In this document: one piece after another, positions 52,001 to 64,000 of the stretch | Layout of the letters: each line of letters starts with the position of its first letter | Numbering within the stretch: position 1 is the stretch's first letter | Source of the DNA: Podarcis vaucheri | Lineage: Eukaryota | Assembly (NCBI GenBank): GCA_965113315.1 | Contig: OZ220370.1 | Strand: one strand, 5' to 3' | Length of the DNA stretch: 64,000 nucleotides | The notes under the pieces: model-generated | The model's database searches: none | The model's input: the letters and a program-made list of their open reading frames with translations, nothing else | Told to the model about the DNA's origin: nothing | Program-made: the position numbers and the translations under genes

Positions 52001-52763
52001 ATATGGCAAAAGTAAGGGATAAGGGGGAGGGGGAGAGATGTGCTTGTGAGAACACGTGGCAGAACTACTTCTAACGCATGCACCACAGCAACTCTTTAGA
52101 GCAAGAGTGGAGAACCTGTGACCCTCCAGATATTGGACTAGAATTCCCATCATCCATGACCGTTAGCAATGCTGTCTGGGTCTGGGCCTCTAACATAAAG
52201 CCTTACACCCTGGAAAAAAAGTGTTATCAAGAAGCAGGCAGAAAACAGGAGCTGACATGCTACAGCAGTTCAAGCAAACAGACTGTAAGAGATTGGGGAG
52301 ATTTTTTTCCATTACTGAAGCAGTTCTGCTGATGTGGCAATGATTGCTTAGATCTAATTGGCAAGATCAGGCAACTGATATGATAACACGTGAGACTTGT
52401 TTCTAAACAAAGAAAACTGAATGATTACAATGGGACAAACTTTTCCATCGTGTCCAGAACTTAGATGTTGACTTTATTAGCCAGAGTCTGCCCCCAGACC
52501 GATTAACAACTGGGACTGGCTGGACCCTATTTCCAGGGGGTGGATCCTGATCTGCTGGACCCAGTCCAGAAGGTACTGCCTCCAAAGTGGCAGCACCAAA
52601 GGGGAGCCACTTCAGGAAGCTGACTCAAAGGCCAGCCTTCCAACATTTTTGCTGGGATTGGATGTTTTGAGGTTTGCCTGGATTTGTGTTTTATTGGAGG
52701 GGGCATGGAATTATCTGGAGACAGGCTTTGGTAGGTTATGCCCTGCTCTGATTGAGTATATGG

Positions 52764-52890
52764 CAGGCATCCCCAACCTGCGGCCCTCCAGACGTTTTGG
52801 CCTACAACTTCCATGATCCCTAGCTAACAGGACCAGTGGTCAGGGATTATGGGAATTGTAGTCCAAAACATCCGGAGAGCCAAAGGCCTG
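52764..52890. mobile_element. palindromic hAT-Charlie MITE (Chap4-like)
   Basis: Inverted homolog of 34571-34706; perfect TSD GTATATGG; small deletion near the right end. Confidence 0.85.
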
Positions 52891-54654
52891 GTATATGGGA
52901 TCAAATGGGGGAAGCTGGCGGGTCTGAATTAGTGTGGTCATGAATAGGGGAGTACTGACAGAAAGTAGTCCAGGAAAGGGACCCTGGCTCAGACGGTTAA
53001 TGTCTATATGCCATGTTTCAAAGTTTCTCCCACTCTTGGGTTTGGTGGCTGCCCTGCCAGTCTCTGGGTGCCGCTTTTGAATTCCAGGTTAATGCAGAAT
53101 AACATATCTCTTACTGATTATTTAACTGAGGATGTGGAAGCTAAGATGCGGGTGGAGAAGACAGCAGCTGCCTACGTCCATAATCCAACCTGCCTCCAAT
53201 GCCCTATCATTCCTCACCTATGTGGCATCCCGACATCTTAGGGACAGGCACAGAACAATCCCTGTTGTCTTCTCTCAACTAACTTCAGAACCTCTTTATT
53301 AAGTCCCAGCCACCACCTTAAAGGCAAAACCTGTAAAAATAAAATCAATGCACATTGACGTTTCGTGTGTGGGGGGGAAGCTGTCATGCTGTGCTCACTG
53401 TATATAAGAGACACAAGTACCAACAACTTTGATTTTCAGCCATTTCATATATTTTGAATAAGTGCAAACACCTTTTCAGAATCTGGTCATTTCTTCTTTT
53501 CACCACTTCCAGACAGATGCTGTTGCAGCTGTGCCCCATAACAACTTCCTTCCAGCCTTGCTATATACTCCTCCTTCATGTTTATTGAAAGATGTGAAGT
53601 ACAAAGCAATTTCTCTACAGCTATGTGTCATTTTGATAAAGATGGCTGGTTTCAACCAGCTCCGAAGTCAGAACCCAATATCTATTATCACAAAACGAAA
53701 TGATCTTTGCCATTCTTACACTCAGCACATTTCATTGAAATCCTGCCCAAAATCTCAACAGAAAATAAGAGGCATTCATTTCTTCTTGGTTGTAATGCGA
53801 TTTCTGCTAAGCTCCTTGTGGGAGACAAAAAAGCTCCTTTCATCAACAATGCTTTTTAGTTTCTGATAACAAAACCATGCGCTAATTTCATTTTTTTTTC
53901 AATTAGCAAACCAAGAGCTTTACTTGAGCCTCAGATCAAAACCCAGAGAAAAGCGCAGGTCGTGGTCTCCTCCACGGGTAAATGATGTACTAATGCAGAG
54001 GTCAACACCTTTCTATACTTCTCCCCAGAGGAAGGGGGGGTAACATGATTAAAATGCAAATGCAGAATATTGATACCCCTAGGACTAATGTTTGCTAGCT
54101 AAACATGTTAATTGTTTAAATGTGATACAAACAGTGAAAGTACTGAGGAATACTGTGGTAAGGAAATGACCTCATCCACATATCCTTACCCTGTTCATCT
54201 CTAACTCTCATACCAAGGGTGGCTAATCTGACACCATCCAGGACATTGGGAGGAGAGGAGTGTCAGAGCAAATGTACAAGAAATTATAGTCTGAAATTCC
54301 CTCGGACCCATGTTAATACTTGCGTGATTCTTTCAATTTAAGCTTTTTTGTGGAAATGTGTTCTGTTGTTTCCAATGGGACACCATGTAATACTTGTGAA
54401 GATCAAGACAACTATGGAACAACTTTGCATGGCAGTAGAGCTACTCCACCAAAACGTTTTGCTCAGTACTGTACTGCACTGCATACTGTTTTTGATTATA
54501 ACTGGTCAGACTTTTTGACCTGATTTATGGTGTGTGTGTTATGTCCAATTTATTGCAGGCACATGTATCATTTTCATTGCACTACCACCAAAATATTTAG
54601 GATTAAAATGTTTGTGAAAGGGCTTGGTGGTGGTGTTCAAAAGCTTTAGTGGTA

Positions 54655-54655
54655 T

Positions 54656-54695
<40 letters not shown>
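54655..54695. repeat. (TTCT)n microsatellite
   Basis: Direct tandem repeat, about 10 units. Confidence 0.95.
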
Positions 54696-55802
54696 GTGTA
54701 AGTTAACACAGCACATGAAATAATATTAAATCATAAGATAGGTTTGATAAAAGCCACATGCAATTTTGTTGCTGCATTTAATTGCTAAGAATAGGAGCCC
54801 CCATAAATTGTAAATGTCTATATAGCAGACCCCCAGGTTGACCTTCAGAGAAAGTAAAAAAGCAATTATATAAATAATCACAGAGCAGTCTCTGTAAGTT
54901 GTTCTGATGTTGAAAGTGATCTATAATATTGAAAAATGTTTCTTCCTGGCGAGAGAGTGGGAGGTTCTTACAAACCTTGGCACGTGAATTAGTAGAAATG
55001 GGGAGAGTGGGAGTGGGAAAGAAGGGGGGGGGGAAGAAAGAGCAAGTCATTATTTTCAAAATCCAAATTAAGGCAATACCTTTATTAGGCCAACCAAGAT
55101 ATCACACAATAGTGGGTAAACGTTCAAGTTCTTCAGGAGCCAAGGAGTCTGCATGTGATCAAGATGGAATGTAGGAGAGCCGCAGCACTTAATGGAGTCT
55201 CATTTTAATGTAAGTTGTATCACCCCACATTCCATCCTGAGACTCCATCAGTGAAGTTTTTTTCTCCCACAAGGTTTTTTTAAAAATAATCATCCAAAAG
55301 CTAAGCACCTTTAAAGTCCTAGTGACTTCAATAGAAAATATTTAAGGGCAAGTGTAGCCTTCCTTTAGAAATCAATGGGATTTTATAGTGCCCTCCATAT
55401 TTTTAGAAAACAAAAACTCCCTAGCTTGCATTAGCGTAAGTTCATAAAATTTGCAATTAATGCACCTTCTGTATGGATGAAATATAGTACTCTAGACAGA
55501 CTGGAGTGTTATCTTCAGTCCCATATTAAAATTACATTTCTCTTCCACTGCCATTTGCTATGCACTGCAATAAAACATGAACAACTCTGCAAAATTAAAT
55601 CAAATTTTTAAATAAACCCTCTTGAAATGGTTCCAAATAGTGTAGATGGAACATGCTCAGCCTTCCATGTGAAAAGGGCTACAAATAGACTACCCTCCTG
55701 GAGGTTCTAGTACTTAGCTCAGCATCTGGGGTGAGGGATCAGTCCTGCTTTCAACTCTGGCCGAGGTTCTAATATTTCATCGGAATCAGGACAGCCCCAT
55801 AC

Positions 55803-56595
55803 TGTCACATTAATGCATTCTGGGCTTTTCCAGAGAGCATCCATATTTTTGGTTACTCAATATTGCATGTCAAGGTCCCATGACCATCACATTCCTTGAG
55901 GATTAAATAACTAGACAGTGCACAGTATGTTGGGTTTATGGGATCAAATAAGGGCGCAACTTTATTGGTTACAGATATGTAGGCTTTGGCCATAGGCCAT
56001 AGGATGAGCCACTGCATATTTCATTCCAGCCCATCTACTGGCAGTGTCTCTAAGGGTGAAGCCAACTGACGGGGAACGTTCTATGACCTATGTCAAATTG
56101 GGGCATCCCCCAAGTGGTTCCTGTCAGAGAGGTGGAATGGCCCTGGCCCCATCTGGGCATCAGACAGGAGCCACTCCTCACAGATCCTTTCAACAGGATA
56201 CCCTTACCCATGGAGGGGAATGCGAAGGCTACAACCTCCCCTCCACTGAAGATCTTAGCTTACCCAATGCCTATCCACCAATCGAGCCGTCACCAGCTTG
56301 CCGCTCATTGGGCAGTTGACCCGCACCCAGGGGAACGCCCATAAGGCCCTGCCACCATTGGTCACTTTGGCAGCCGGGAACGATCTGGCCTAAAATACGG
56401 AAGAGCGGCTTTGGGCCTGCTCACAAAGCCACCCGCCCAGGAAGGGCAAATGGACCTGCCCTTCATCTGAGGATCAGGGGGTGGTTTAGTGTGAGGAATA
56501 AGAGTGGTCAATTACAGCTCACAGGTTTCTTCTAAGTCCATGGGGTATAGGCTCCCCCACCTCAGATATAGCATTAGAACTCTGTTCTGGTGACA
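55803..56595 (-). mobile_element. probable solo LTR, older
   Basis: TGTCAC...GTGACA termini; shares the block gcaactttattggttacag..ttggc with the LTR at ~27605-27650; TSD not clean. Confidence 0.55.
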
Positions 56596-56624
56596 CTATC
56601 TAAATAAGGCATCCTGAATGCTTT

Positions 56625-57180
56625 CAAGCCCAATTCAAACTGCTGGCTTTGACTCACCAAAACTCTTTATGGCTCAGAACCCCAATATCTTCTGAACACC
56701 ACTCCCAGTATAAGAACTAAGGGTCAAGCTGGTTCATAATGGGAGTGGTGTTCGGAAGATATTAGGGTTCTGAGCCATAAAGAGTTTTGGTGAGCCTAAG
56801 GCCCTTCTCCAGCTCCCTTCTTTGAGGGAAGCTTGAAGGGGGACTCTTTAGTTGTGGCTCCTCATCTGTGGAATGTTTTTGCACTGAAGTCCTCTGGCAC
56901 CTTCACTGACATCTTTCTGGCACCAGGTAAAAGCCTATTTCTCCCCCTCTCCCCCGTCAAGCTTTTGACGGACTGAGACTATTATTTTTGCAGACAGTAT
57001 GGTGCCAAAACTCCCTAATGCTGTCACTGGAGGCAGGTTGATTTACAGTGTATATTTTTGTGAATTTTCTGTATTACAATGTTAATATTACAAGGTATCT
57101 GTGTTTCCTTTTCAGTTTTTAAGTATGTTGTAAGTTGCTTGGAGACCTCTGCATGACTAGCAAGTCTAATAAATAATAAT
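56625..57180 (+). mobile_element. L2 3' fragment containing an inverted duplication
   Basis: caattcaaactgctggctttgac, gttgtggctcctcatctgtggaat motifs as in the L2 at 4310; (AAT)n tail. Confidence 0.65.
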
Positions 57181-58710
57181 CATAACCCTGACTTGATCTA
57201 TGTAATAGGAAAATTTTCAAGTACTGCTTCAATTCTGCAATGTGTCAGAATAAACAGGGGGAAAGAGATTGCGTGTGTGTGTCTGTGTTTAGATCTTTAA
57301 TGGCATCTATTCTGATCACATCCTAGGAGACAGATGAGGCTTCGGAAGTACAGGTTCTGCTCTTTCAGTGAGCTTTGAAAGCACAGCAGCTCTTCAGCTA
57401 GACTCATCTTACATGTGTATATTGTATTTTAACAATTCTCTCTTTTATTACCACTGGTTTAAAGAACCATGTTTTTTAATCACTCACTGAGATGCTTTTC
57501 CTATCAACATTTCCTTCAGGATCTCTCCCACCCCACCCCCTACTATTTTAAATAACTTAAGTACAGAAGCAGTAAATCCTTCTAAACAATAGCATCTCAA
57601 CAGGACATGCATCAATCTTTTATTCCAACATCTAGTTTCTATGGTCTAGGAATTGCATTATAAAATAGAGCAATACTGCCAACACCACAACTGATTACCT
57701 TATATTTCCTTAGCATGAGACACGTATATACAGATCAGTTCTCCGTTTGTAGCTGAAAAAGCATACTTAGTAACAATTATTCATGTGGAGTGAGACCACA
57801 TAAGTGCATATATTGGGGGGGGGGAGGTGACACAAATGCTATGCTATTTTATTAACAAAGCACAGATTGCTTTTGCCCCTTTGTATCATCATATTGGGGG
57901 CAGGGGAAGGTGGATCACATCTAAACAGCAAAGAAAACCTGGCAAGTGTGTTTTGATTAGAGCTGGGGAAGTCGGCTGTTTCACACATATCAACATCATC
58001 ACCTGCCATTCTGAAAGGAATAAGTGTTTGAGCAATAGCTCACTGTAATTATTTCAGGCCTTTTACATTCAGAGGCGTCTCATAACTCCTCCTAGTGTGA
58101 CTCTCCATCTGTTGCAAAACAGATCACACAGAACCAATATAAAAACTCCTGAGCCAGATGGGAGCACCATGAACATTCCCCTTCTACTGTTTGTTGCTTA
58201 GATGTAGTTCAAACACATATCTTAGATACGTATTAAACTGCCATTTTGTGCTTTTCCCTCCAGCAAATATAAAAGGCAAGACATTGGAGACAAGTCATTC
58301 CAGTACATTTCAAAGAGCTAAAAAAAATAACTGCAAATTTTTAACTTAACAAGCAGTTTCTGACATACATGAAAGATCACTTGTGTTGTTTCAGTAGGAC
58401 TCACGTGTCCTTGCTCTACAATATTTTGGCTTGAGGAAAACAATTCCTCCATGAAAATGACAGGATTTTCTTAAACCTCCCCTTTAAGCAAAATCATACA
58501 TGAATGATTTGAACTCAAAGTACACCACACTCTTTTGGAAAACTTGCTTGGAGTCAGAAATAACTTCCTTTCCTTTCCATACACCATATTACAGGCAGAA
58601 TTAAGAACAATACATCATTAAATATTTTCACAGTATCCCACATCCATTGGGCAGCTACAGGGTAACTACACCCTAGAACTTTGACTGTCACATCAGTAGA
58701 AGTGTCATTA

Positions 58711-59069
58711 GGTAAAGGGACCCCTGAGTCCAGTCGCAAACAACTCTGGGGTTGCGGCGCTCATCTCGCTTTACAGGCCAAGGGAGCCGGCGTTTGTCCA
58801 CTTCCGCAGACAGATTTTCTGGGTCATGTGGCCAGCATCACTAAGCCACTTCTGGTGAAGCCAGAGCAGCACAGGAAATGCCATTTACCTTCCCACCAGA
58901 CCGGTACCTATTTATCTACTTGCACTGTGTGCTTTTGAACTGCTAGGTTGGCAGGAGCTGGGACCAAACAACGGGAGCTTACCCCGTCGCGGGGCCTCGA
59001 ACCTCCAACCTTTTGATCGGCAAGTCCAAGTGGCACAGTGGTTTAAACCACCACACCACCCACGTCCCT
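58711..59069 (-). mobile_element. Sauria SINE
   Basis: Reverse complement of 15741-16081; 14-bp TSD TAGAAGTG(T/C)CATTA. Confidence 0.92.
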
Positions 59070-60522
59070 TAGAAGTGCCATTACTTCATTATATATCAGC
59101 CTTCACCAAAGTAGGGCCTTCCAAATGTTTTCCCATCAGCACCAGCCGGTTTGTTCTTATTTGCCCTCCACTACTAATCACAGCTACAAAAGCCACTTTC
59201 TGCTAAAATAATATGCTAGGGGGTCAGCTACATGTAACTCTGATCCCTAGACACCTGCACCACAAATGAGGACAATGGAAGAATGATGACCCTCATATTT
59301 ATCAACTGAATGAACTCAAGAAGACACAACTTTAGGAGATATTGCAACCCTCAGGCTGCTTTTTAATCCTCCTGACAGAGTCCCCATTCCTCCCCCATAT
59401 CTTCTCAAACTAATGGAGCTGTTTGGCATTGTGAAACAGAATCCGCATTAAAATTCTCTGAAAATGAGATGTGGCAACACACAATATTCCCATTAGACCA
59501 GTTTTGGATTTAACAGATAAGCTACTCCGTGTAATCAGCAGGGATGGATGCAATATACCATTGCTCTAGCTTCTCATGGTATAGAAATAACAAAAACAGT
59601 TGCTAGAATGTTAAGAAAGGAAAGAAAGGGGGGGACCACCACAATGTAACAGATTAATGCATCATCAACCAGAAAGAGTAGCAAAACAAAGTTGCTTTAG
59701 TAAAATCAAGTTGCTTAGCTCACAGGCAATTTGTTCAAGGCATCACAAGAATAAAATGAACTATATCCCCAGCTACATAAAGCTTAGCAAAAGCAAATGG
59801 ACAAATATGGCAAAAGAATGCAGCAACAGCAAAAGGAATGAAGTTGGATAGTAAGTGAATATTTACATTTCATCCAGGAATGATACATGGAGCACCCAAA
59901 CTACCATGTGTCAGGGAACATAAAACACACCATCTATTATTGATAACATTTCATTCCTAAGCTATCTATAGCTGTCTCAGCTGTGCTGAGGTAAAGCTAG
60001 CTTGAATTATTATCTGTTACAAAGGAATATCGATAGCTTTATAAATGTTTCTCAATGCAGCTTATCTGACTTGCATCACTAGAACAGACTCTTACAGAGA
60101 CAAAGCTACTCTATAATTTCTGTCTTTCTGAGACCTAGAAAGTAGTCATTAAAATAGCTGACTTAGCAATCGTTGGGGGGGGGGGCGGGAATCCAGGAAT
60201 GTTTGCATTTTATCACCAGTATAAGATGTGTCTCATCAAAACACTGTCACCATCACACAGAACACATAAGGATTCCGGGACATAGTGGAATTTTTTGGCA
60301 TGCACTGAGAGCAGCCATTTTGCCACTGAATGTTGTTCTGTTGCACAAACTTGTGTTGCTCTTATGTTTGCTGTAAATATACTATCGCCATGAAAGGCCA
60401 AAAAAGTTAGTTAGCATTGACAATTAGAATTAGAATTTCACCTAACAAAGGTAGGGTTAAAGAGAGGGAGGAAATTATGCTTAAATGTGAAAGTGTTTAA
60501 GCTACATATGTGTACACAGAGA

Positions 60523-60564
60523 GAGGAGGAGGAGGAGGAGGAGGAGGAGGAGGAGGAGGAGGAG
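60523..60564. repeat. (GAG)14 microsatellite
   Basis: Perfect tandem repeat. Confidence 0.95.
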
Positions 60565-62029
60565 AAGCCCTCACTTGAGTACTTACAGAACTATGTAAAT
60601 CTTACAAAAACTGCACTTGAAAACACTATGCTGAATGCTAAGATAAAGTTTCTGTGATACCTATTTAAATAACAGAATGAAAAATCACTGTAACCTTTCC
60701 AGCACATGTTTGGGAGAAAATACAAAAGTTCCGACTATTCTAGGAGCTATGAAGATATTTTGTTCCTAGATTAGATTGTCAGCCTGATATTTCATTCCTA
60801 GGACAGATTTCTGTCATTCTTTAAAATTTTCATTTAGAGAAAGGGAATAATCCAATCTGCACACACATGGAATTTCATCACAGTAATTTTCCTTAGGTAT
60901 CGTCATCTTGAAGAAGAGGGCTAGTGGAAAATAGCCTTTTCTAATCAACATCTGCTGCTTTGCTCTCACATGTTTATTTATAATACAGATAGTGGGTGAA
61001 CAGTGTGTACCCTAAAGTAAAGATTTCTGAAGCATTCATTTTAGTGGCAGTTTTAAAGGGCAGAATGGGTTTAAAAGGGTGAAAATACCACAGCTGTTCA
61101 TTCCAGAGAGGTAGTTATATTAGTCTCTTGCAACAGGAAAAAAAGACAAACAAAAAGAACATAGTATTGCAGAATCTCCAAGATCAACAGATAGGTATTT
61201 CTACACATGCTTTTGTCCACTTGAACTCTGATCTACACAAGTTGATGTTACAATAAATCTGCTGGTCTTGAAGGCTTATGTAGATGATAGGGGATTTATT
61301 CATTATCCCAAGTAGGTACTGTATAAGACGGCTTTCCAGATTTGGAACCAATTGCAAGCAGAAAACTGTCCTACTGTCCTACTCTTGAAGATGCCACAAA
61401 ACTGTGCCATAATCAATAGCATGACAGTATGCCTGCTCTGGAACATTTCCAGAAGATATAACATTTATTTCCCCCAGCTCAAACATATGCGTATGCAAAA
61501 ATAAGTCTCTGCAAACAATCACATTTATCAGCAAGGTCCAAACCAAAGGAAAGAAACAGGAATTTGCACAGCGACTCATGAGACAACTCATATGGGTAAT
61601 TTAAGGTAACTCATGCTCTTCAGTTCCACAAGATAGGGAAGGAAGGAAACATGCCTCAAATCAAAAGTCATGAATATTTTATAAATACCATCATGAAATA
61701 TCCAGAAGAGCAATTCCCATTTTTTCCACCACTCTCTATCACTCAAGTCAGACTGCAGCAACCACCAGACTGCTGTCTGCAACCATGACATGTGACAGAT
61801 CATATTATGCCAGTTTTGTGCAAGCTTCAATAGGTTTTCTGGGTTCAGTTCTGGGCAGGTTTTAGCCTTTAAAGCACTAAATGGTATGGGATGCGGGTTT
61901 CTTAAGGAAATCCACTTCTGGGATCCCTCACAAGACTTCACCAATTCAGTTGAATTATTTCCCCCACTTCTGTGCTGTTGTAGTAACTGAAGTTCTCAGG
62001 AGGGCTGGTGAGAATAAGACAGATGCCTT

Positions 62030-62490
62030 GCCAAGGTGGCTTACAATGATTTTACAGCATTAAAATCAGTTAAAACAAATTATGGTCAAAAGTATAAGGT
62101 GGGTCCCAAATTATAACTATATATCATTGATATCAAAGGTCAAGGTAAAGAAGTGTGCCTTCAGCGTACAAGGAAGACTACATGATGAAGATGCTAGATG
62201 CATCTTCTCTGTGTGTGTGGGGAGAGATGTTCACAGTTTAGGGGCTGCCACAAAGAATGTTCTGTCCTGAGCTGTTAGCTCTCAACTTTCTAGGACCAGT
62301 GAAACTATCAAGAAGGCCTCCTCTGTCCTAGAGGGTCCCATAAAGGAGACAGTCTTTCAGATATTTGTGGCCTAGATTATCTAAAGCTGTAAACGCTAAC
62401 ATGACCACCTTGAACTGGGCACAGAAGCAAACTAGCAACCAATGCCACTGTTATAACTCAGGGGTTATGCGTGTCCTAAATGGATCATCT
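62030..62490 (-). mobile_element. L2 3' fragment
   Basis: caccttgaactgggcacagaagcaaactagcaaccaatg is the reverse complement of the HWLPV..QFK-coding segment. Confidence 0.65.
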
Positions 62491-62689
62491 AGTAGATATG
62501 GCTCAGAAGAGAAAGAGGCAGATCCACATTCAGTACAGTAGCATTTCTTGCTAAATGTATGAACTGTGGAATATATATTGGATGCAAGCATGTGAGAATC
62601 TGTCCAAGTACTTAATTTCTCTTTTATCAAAGAATGGGAATGCTTTGTTGTTTTGGAAAAAAAATTATTTAAAAGGTTATATACCCGAT

Positions 62690-63530
62690 ACTTTACATGC
62701 TATATGGATGCTAGATTGCAGCAGCTATCAATAAGATTCTAAAGCAATAAAAGCCAGCAAACCATAAAACAAATCAGCAGGACAGCAGTATAGTAATAAA
62801 TATAAGCAGCCAAGTTAACAGACATTAAACCTGTAGATAACTCAATTCAGAAAGCTTTTCTAAACAAGGTCTTCTTTGATGCTTTAAATGTGTTTAGAGA
62901 AGTAGTCTGTGAGACCTCATGGGACAGAGAATGCTGTAGTCCAAGCACCACCAATGAAAGGGCCTGGCAATGTGTCTCTATGCTCCTCACTTCACACAGT
63001 GGAGCACATGGAGCTAGACCAGGGATCTGCAACCTTTAAGACAAAAAGAGCCACTTGGACCCGTTTCCAAAGAAAAAACAACAACTGGGAGCCGCAAAAC
63101 CATTGCGACATTTAAAACAAATATATCTCCGGAGCCACGATCTGACAGCGGGTGGAAAGGTGACGTCGGGACGGTGCGTGACTAACACACGCACCGCCCC
63201 CATGCGATGTCACAGCCAGTACAGCACCCGCCACAGTGAGGAGTGTTGGGGTGCACAATGCGCCTCCTCCCCTCGCTAGTATCTGCCCCGGAGCCGCAGC
63301 AAAGATGTAAAAGAGCCGCATGCGGCTCCGGAGCCGCGGGTTGCAGACCCCTGAGCTAGACCATCCCCAACGACCATAACGAGAGGGTACAGGCTCATGT
63401 GACGGGAGGTGGTTCTGGAGGTATCCAAATTGCAAATCTTTTAGAGCTTTAAAAGGTGAGAATCAGAACTAGTTCCAGAAACAAACTGGGAGCCAATGGA
63501 TTTGATGTCATATAAATGTAGCAAGATCAA
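62690..63530 (-). mobile_element. old L2 fragment split by a hAT element
   Basis: ccagaaacaaactgggagccaatgga (reverse HWLPV) at ~63480; L2-like 3' sequence at 62850-62970. Confidence 0.55.
63020..63353. mobile_element. non-autonomous hAT-Charlie element, CpG-rich (young)
   Basis: TIRs CAGGGATCTGCAACC / GGTTGCAGACCCCTG; perfect TSD AGCTAGAC. Confidence 0.9.
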
Positions 63531-64000
63531 ATAAAGGGTATCCCATAAAAACAGCCTATGGCGTTGTCTCTATTTTCTTCTGTGTTCCCCAAGATTTCTC
63601 TAAAATGCACATTTTACTTTAGAGGCTATTCCAGTTACCAAAGTGGCTTAGAGTTCTTTTCAAATGCTGCTGCATTTGGGGTTAAACTCATTAACTCACC
63701 CCCCCTTTTTTATAACATACATGGTTTTCTCCTCCTCCCCAGTTCCAGCCTTTTGCAGACATACACACATGCACCACAATCCACTTGCTAGGGGATCATA
63801 GGTTCTGTAAGCACTGCCATACTACGATGGTCCAACTATAAGCCTTGACTGACTGTGAAGTGTGACATTTTTCCATTACCATTACAGTGCCATCATCATC
63901 TACAAGCATTTATGCCCAAATAGTCCCACTGAAACTAATGGTACCCAAGGCGCTTACAAGTAAGCACTTAAACTAAATGGATGGCAGACTGCGGTCTATG

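Noticed and set aside
60523-60564. Poly-Glu coding tract
   Set aside because: No surrounding ORF; simple microsatellite
63020-63353. CpG island or promoter (also 8145-8559, 39324-39664)
   Set aside because: CpG richness is confined within the TIR/TSD limits of young transposons

Overview
Vertebrate, repeat-rich, essentially non-coding DNA. The repeat content (Sauria SINEs, Squam3-like tRNA SINEs, CR1, L2, RTE-BovB tail, Penelope fragments, pogo/Tigger-like and hAT MITEs) indicates a squamate reptile, probably a lacertid-type lizard (inference). I cannot identify any host protein-coding gene; the window looks like a large intron or intergenic region, with two weak minus-strand exon candidates. 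The only long coding sequence is a young, 5'-truncated CR1 LINE ORF2 (21130-23374) broken by one stop and one frameshift. The most notable observations are: (i) a solo LTR (8658-9260, 5-bp TSD) whose U3 region is filled by an ORF ending in an RRSARL motif; (ii) a multi-layer nested transposon cluster (27463-28946); (iii) retroelement insertions inside MITEs with clean TSDs; (iv) a near-perfect fold-back inverted duplication (56653-56794). Family names come from recall of consensus sequences, not database searches. I see no clear evidence of a new multi-gene system.
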